Positions 59,139 to 64,000 of a DNA stretch of 64,000 nucleotides are shown piece by piece. This DNA comes from Candidatus Scalinduaceae bacterium (GTDB lineage: Bacteria > Planctomycetota > Brocadiia > Brocadiales > Scalinduaceae). The DNA is taken from contig JBHICG010000001.1 in assembly GCA_046759445.1 (NCBI GenBank), positions 94,467-158,466 on the forward strand, given 5' to 3'. The notes under the pieces were generated by a model, which made no database searches, was not told where the DNA came from, and saw only the letters and a program-made list of their open reading frames with translations. Every line of letters begins with the position of its first letter. Position 1 is the stretch's first letter. A program made the translations under genes and the position numbers.

Positions 59139-60902
59139 TTATTGATCTTTTGAACGACACTTCTTCACGAGCCATACCTCAGCTAGTGCGATTATGATGG
59201 TGCCTATAAAGCTATATATATATACCAATATTGGAGTCCTCACCTCCAGGTTCAAGAAATACCAGGACGATATAGACATCTTCAAGCCCACCTCCCCATT
59301 AGAACCATCCCGGACATGAAAGGCAATCGGGATTAATTTACCTCTTTCAAACTGAATGTCTTTACGTTTATCTTCAGTGGCTAATGTCCTCTTCACGACT
59401 ACCCTCCATCTACCATCCTCCCAGTATCCGTTACTACTTGCTGTTTGACTTTCTGCAGGTTGTACCTTAATGGGATTTTTAAACCCTGTGGCATTATATT
59501 CTTCCACAGCCGGATTCTTCTCAGGGTCTTCCTGTACATCCGCCTTCCAGCGCCACAGATTAACAGGGTTACCTGAATTGCCCAGGAAAAAATGCGGCTT
59601 TATGGGTCCATCCGGAATCTTTGTGGGAAATTGAATCTCAATAGAATCCCTTAAAACCCATTGCGGAAGCACTGTTTCCTCTTCCTCCTCAAATCCGTAT
59701 TCATCATCTTCTTCTTCGTATTCCTCTTCTTCATATTCTTCTTCCTCGTATTCCTCGCCCTCTTCGTAATCTTCTTCTACCCATTCCTCTTCGCCTTCAG
59801 TAGAAGTGGAAGTATATAACTTTACATACGTAAACTCCTTATCACCCTCCAGATCGATCATCTCTTCATCATGCTTTATGTTCTTAAATCTATCATCCCA
59901 TTCCAGAAGAAATGCAATTTCACTATCATTATACATTGATCTTACTGATACAAGGTCAACTGACGGTATCTGCCAGCGGGGCTTTGCCAGTACCTGCCCG
60001 GTAAGATCAACATTAATGCTTCCTATATTATCCCATCTTGTATCATCAGGCGCTGCAGGCAAATCCCCTTTGATATATTTTGATTTAATAACCACCTCAC
60101 TTCTGTCAACATCACGAACCAGAGTCTTCACATAATAAGACAAATGCCATCTTTCCTCATCAGTAAGGTTATCAACAAATGATGGCATGGGTGTACCGTC
60201 CATCCCGGTTGTAAATCTGGTATAAATATCTTTAACCGTAGTGCCACCTTTGTACCTCCATGCCTTTGTCAGATTTCTGGGTAGTATGGGAAGTCCACGC
60301 TGATCAGCAAGCCCCATGGCCGATTCTCCATTTCCCCTGCCTGCTTCTCCATGGCACTTAAAACATTCAGCCTTTTTATAAACCTCTTTACCCTTTGCAA
60401 CGGTTTCTGCCGTTGAAGAAATCTCATCAATATTAACAAGGTGTTTATATGGATCAAGGTCGGGGTCAGTAAAAATATCTGAAAATGTCTTAATGTATTG
60501 TATCACCTCATTTCTTTCCTTTTCATTTAATAAAGCCTCAAAGGTAGGCATTGCCGTACCTGGCACTCCTCTCTCAAGGGTTCCTTGCAAATCTTCGTCA
60601 GTGGGCGGATACCCACTCTCTGTGGTGCGAAATTTAAATAGTGCCGTCACAAAATCCCGGGGCCTTGGAACCAGGTATTCTGCTACAGGTCCATCCCCTC
60701 TTCCCTCACGGCCATGGCAAAACCAGCAACGCTTATCGAATATCTTTTTTCCTGCTTCAACTAATTCATCAGTTTGAGCAAAGACTTGTGCATTCTTGTA
60801 AATCGGAAAAATTATCAAAACCCCTAATACTCCTTGAAATAATATCCTAATTAATATATTCATATAAATTATATTCCTCGACTCCGCTCGGAATGACGTC
60901 AC
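59139..60902 (-). CDS. Diheme cytochrome c plus heme b (EB_dh) domain with acidic insertion (module A)
   Basis: CWFCH, CFKCH; paralog of 52079-53674; true start likely downstream of 60902. Confidence 0.88.
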   Translation of the reverse strand: MTSFRAESRNIIYMNILIRILFQGVLGVLIIFPIYKNAQVFAQTDELVEAGKKIFDKRCWFCHGREGRGDGPVAEYLVPRPRDFVTALFKFRTTESGYPPTDEDLQGTLERGVPGTAMPTFEALLNEKERNEVIQYIKTFSDIFTDPDLDPYKHLVNIDEISSTAETVAKGKEVYKKAECFKCHGEAGRGNGESAMGLADQRGLPILPRNLTKAWRYKGGTTVKDIYTRFTTGMDGTPMPSFVDNLTDEERWHLSYYVKTLVRDVDRSEVVIKSKYIKGDLPAAPDDTRWDNIGSINVDLTGQVLAKPRWQIPSVDLVSVRSMYNDSEIAFLLEWDDRFKNIKHDEEMIDLEGDKEFTYVKLYTSTSTEGEEEWVEEDYEEGEEYEEEEYEEEEYEEEDDEYGFEEEEETVLPQWVLRDSIEIQFPTKIPDGPIKPHFFLGNSGNPVNLWRWKADVQEDPEKNPAVEEYNATGFKNPIKVQPAESQTASSNGYWEDGRWRVVVKRTLATEDKRKDIQFERGKLIPIAFHVRDGSNGEVGLKMSISSWYFLNLEVRTPILVYIYSFIGTIIIALAEVWLVKKCRSKDQ

Positions 60903-60947
60903 ACTGAGCGAAGTCGAAGTGTAATCAACATTGAAATTACTATAATA

Positions 60948-61769
60948 TTAATGAAATTCCTCCGGTATACGGGGTTCGACACCTGCAGTATCATATTCTG
61001 CTATGATTATCTTCCACTTCTCTTCATCGGTAAGTTCATTTCCCCATATAGGCATAGCTGAATCCCAGGGTGTGGATTGGACAGGAAGTTTTGGTCCACC
61101 CTCAGTTACTCTCCAGAATGCAAATGATTCTACCACGGTAGCAATCGTGCCCGGATCAGAAAAATCCACAGGTTTCAGGCGAAAACCTCCCGCCATCGGA
61201 CCTGCGCCATCTGCCTTACTGCCATGGCAAGGCCGGCAATTAATCTGGTAAAGTGCCCTTCCCTCATCCATGTATTTCTCCACAAGCAACCCCCTGGCTT
61301 TCTCTAAACTAATATCTCCCATGTTTTCTTCCTCAATGAATTTCTTTACAACTTCATCCTCAGGGTTTCTCAGAGGGTTCTCAAGCTTTTCGTATTTTCC
61401 GGGAATGGTCGGATGCTGTATCCTCAATCCTGTGGGTGACTGTGCCTTTGGCGCCTTATAGGAGTATATTGACCATCCAACCAGGAGTGGAATTATTACC
61501 AATACAACCATCCGTATCTTATTATAGGTAGTTTCTCCAGGTTTCCCCCTCAAAAACTCAGTTACAGTGCACACAAATTCATTCAGTTTTTCATCATTAT
61601 ATGTAATGTATAAGGCAACTCCAATTACAAGCAGCATTATATACATTATTACTGCGGCATTTGGCAGTGCGAAATAGAAACGTGGTATCACCATCACTAT
61701 TATAAGGCCTATTATGATTGCTATAACAGAATACCAGAATACAGATAATGTTGTTTTCTTTTCACTCAT
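60948..61769 (-). CDS. Membrane-bound monoheme cytochrome c (module A)
   Basis: LRIQHPT, CRPCH; paralog of 53783-54595. Confidence 0.88.
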   Translation of the reverse strand: MSEKKTTLSVFWYSVIAIIIGLIIVMVIPRFYFALPNAAVIMYIMLLVIGVALYITYNDEKLNEFVCTVTEFLRGKPGETTYNKIRMVVLVIIPLLVGWSIYSYKAPKAQSPTGLRIQHPTIPGKYEKLENPLRNPEDEVVKKFIEEENMGDISLEKARGLLVEKYMDEGRALYQINCRPCHGSKADGAGPMAGGFRLKPVDFSDPGTIATVVESFAFWRVTEGGPKLPVQSTPWDSAMPIWGNELTDEEKWKIIIAEYDTAGVEPRIPEEFH

Positions 61770-62728
61770 TGCAATCTTAATAAAAATGACAGGATATTAT
61801 GGAATTCCTCCATGTTTAATGTTTTAGAAAAATCAGGCATAATAGACGTAGTTTGCGTGGCAATTGTTTCAATATCGTCCTTATGTATTTCGATTATCTC
61901 ACCTTCCTGGTCAGCCAGCTCAAACCATTCTTCATCTTCGCTCTTCTTTACACCGGTAATATATTCTCCATCAGTCGTAATAACCAGATACGGCTCAAAA
62001 CCACTAGCAATCACGGCGCTTGGTTTGAGGATTGATTCAACCAGAAATTGTGCTGTTCTGGTCCCTGCGACAGTAGTTAGTTCAGGTCCTATTTTTGCGC
62101 CCTTTTCTTTTACTGTGTGGCATTTGGCGCAACCCGCCCTACTTTCGGTATCAAAGAATAAGGATTCTCCAACTTCCGGATCGCCTTCCATGTAAGGTGC
62201 CCATGCCACGGCTTTTCCCTTGCCGGCACTGATTTTTTTCACCACTTCCTCAGGTATTTTAATGGCTGATTGGTCAGATTCACCCCCTTGCGTCTGTAAA
62301 TAGGTTATAACGGCCATAATCTCTTCCTGGTTTAAGGAAATAGGCGGCTCATACACAAATGGCATCTCACCCTTGAAACCATCGACAACGTAATTATTAG
62401 GAAATGAAATAGATTCTACTATGTAATCTGTAGCCGTCATACCCGGTTTACCCTGCTTTGCTCTTTCTTCTACCCTTTCTAAAGCCCTTTCTGCAACATT
62501 TTCCAGATTAGGACATCTAACTGCGCTGCCCCTTGGTCCGATCTGATGGCAGGTATGACACTTCCCTTTGCCCCAGAAAATACTCTCCCCGGCTTCAGGA
62601 CTAATACCTGCAATGGTGGCAATACTCGCCGACTCCCCGGAAATCCTGCTTAACAATCCACACAAATATACGAAACTACCAATAAATACAAAAGTGAAAA
62701 TAACCACATTGAGGAAGGGTCTGTTCAC
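61766..62728 (-). CDS. Membrane-anchored diheme cytochrome c (module A)
   Basis: CHTCH, CAKCH; paralog of 54633-55652. Confidence 0.88.
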   Translation of the reverse strand: MNRPFLNVVIFTFVFIGSFVYLCGLLSRISGESASIATIAGISPEAGESIFWGKGKCHTCHQIGPRGSAVRCPNLENVAERALERVEERAKQGKPGMTATDYIVESISFPNNYVVDGFKGEMPFVYEPPISLNQEEIMAVITYLQTQGGESDQSAIKIPEEVVKKISAGKGKAVAWAPYMEGDPEVGESLFFDTESRAGCAKCHTVKEKGAKIGPELTTVAGTRTAQFLVESILKPSAVIASGFEPYLVITTDGEYITGVKKSEDEEWFELADQEGEIIEIHKDDIETIATQTTSIMPDFSKTLNMEEFHNILSFLLRLQ

Positions 62729-64000
62729 TCCTTATCCCTCCTCCTCGAAGATATATTTTTTTGCTCGGCATTAACGCCAAAATTTTTTGCTATTATTTCC
62801 CCGCCGTCTGTACTCGAAAGCGCAGGTTCTGGAACACCAACAGCCTCTTGCGCTACATCATGTTTTTTCTCTGAAACACCACTAAGCCAGAAAAGAAACG
62901 TGACAATTCCCAGAAAGATTAATGTGCATGCGCCTATTACCTTCCCCATATACGCCATTGTTGGGGTGTATGCCCATGGAGATGTGTCCTGCATGACCCC
63001 GTATATGTGCCAATTTTCCCTGAGCCCGGACCTTATATAACCCATCAAGGCAATAAGCATGACAATAGATATACACATAAGGATGAGGGCATATTGTGAC
63101 CTTGCATTCATCTTCCCCCATGAAATCCCCCCCACTACCTCTGCTCCCTTAAACAAATATATATCAATTACTGTGTTTACGGTAATACAACTCAGTACCA
63201 TTAGTACCTGAGTCACAGCTATATTCCTAAGAAATGGATTGGCCTCAGTCATAATCACAAAGCCATAGATACCGAGGACCAGAACAACACTTGTCGCCGT
63301 AATAGCAAAAAGAACAATCTGGGCAAGCTTCCCTTTGTTTAAAAACGTTATTACAATAGCTGCCGTTATAGCAATTATCTGAAAGAACAGCAATCCTCCA
63401 GGCAGCTTAAAAAACTTTGCTTTTTCAGCAGATAAGTCCAGTGTGGATGGGTCAAGTGTATATGTAATAACACCGTACCAGCCGAGTAAAACAGCTACGA
63501 GCGCCCCTGTTATGCCAATTACGACCTTGGCGCTCAACCCATGCCGGGAAAATGGAAGCGTTGTGCCTTTATTTGCGCGCCTGTAAAGCAAAAAGCAGAA
63601 AAAGGTTGTAAGGATTATGAAGTTTACGACTGCGTTTTTGGCAGACATCAAGCCCAGGTACTTTAAGATCGGGTGATATTGTCCACCAATGCTTAATTGT
63701 TCCTCAGAGCTTAAGGGCAGGTTGTGCGGTGTTAGCCAGATAGCAAAACATACAATAAGGACTATCACCAAATACTTTATATACTTCTCATACCTTTCAC
63801 CTCCCTTTATGCGCTGCATCCCTGACCATAGATAGTAGTTCCCGCCGAGAAAGATAAATCCTATAAGAATGGCCTGTACGATAAACGTCCAGGAAAACGC
63901 ACCACCCATCATGTTATTTCCCATTACGACACTGTTGCTATAGACCTCTCTGCCCATATAATAACCGGCAAACGGAAGAGGTATCAAGGCCGCAAGGGCA
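62725..64000 (-). CDS. CydA-like polytopic protein (module A), 5' end outside the window
   Basis: PLPFAGY..GREVY, TPHNLP, GYIRSGLR.NWH; paralog of 55757-58027. Confidence 0.85.
   Translation of the reverse strand, partial: ALAALIPLPFAGYYMGREVYSNSVVMGNNMMGGAFSWTFIVQAILIGFIFLGGNYYLWSGMQRIKGGERYEKYIKYLVIVLIVCFAIWLTPHNLPLSSEEQLSIGGQYHPILKYLGLMSAKNAVVNFIILTTFFCFLLYRRANKGTTLPFSRHGLSAKVVIGITGALVAVLLGWYGVITYTLDPSTLDLSAEKAKFFKLPGGLLFFQIIAITAAIVITFLNKGKLAQIVLFAITATSVVLVLGIYGFVIMTEANPFLRNIAVTQVLMVLSCITVNTVIDIYLFKGAEVVGGISWGKMNARSQYALILMCISIVMLIALMGYIRSGLRENWHIYGVMQDTSPWAYTPTMAYMGKVIGACTLIFLGIVTFLFWLSGVSEKKHDVAQEAVGVPEPALSSTDGGEIIAKNFGVNAEQKNISSRRRDKE

Noticed and set aside
49726..64000. Calling this region the nitrite oxidoreductase (nxr) operon
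   Set aside because: No molybdopterin NxrA/NarG or NxrB/NarH gene in the window

Overview
AT-rich bacterial chromosome segment, most consistent with an anammox planctomycete such as Ca. Scalindua (inferred from an octaheme HAO-like gene joined to a split cytochrome b6/subunit IV Rieske complex and many c-type cytochromes). Four zones. (1) 1-17.2 kb, + strand: metal and thiol-redox genes (HMA, TlpA, Trx, CcdA), a 12-heme cytochrome, and a PiT/GT2/DUF3179/GT-C cluster ending in a radical SAM-SPASM/arsenite methyltransferase fusion. (2) 17.3-28.0 kb, - strand: about eight integron-type gene cassettes with five full and three partial attC sites and no integrase in the window. Two near-identical 236-bp promoter/attI-like leaders head the cassettes. 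Cargo is mostly defence-like (TIR, R-M, HEPN-like, FRG, and an EACC1-like protein paired with an HExxH protein), and MITEs interrupt the array. (3) 28.3-42 kb: a TA-like pair and housekeeping genes (ALS-like enzyme plus SSADH, rarA, ABC exporter, pdp). (4) 42-64 kb, - strand: a respiratory region with two tandem CydA-like/cytochrome c modules, a cupredoxin-like protein, a USP fusion and a Rieske/cyt b6/multiheme/HAO-like cluster. Several short palindromic repeat families occur, two of them translated in frame inside proteins. All family calls come from motif recognition by eye; no searches were run.
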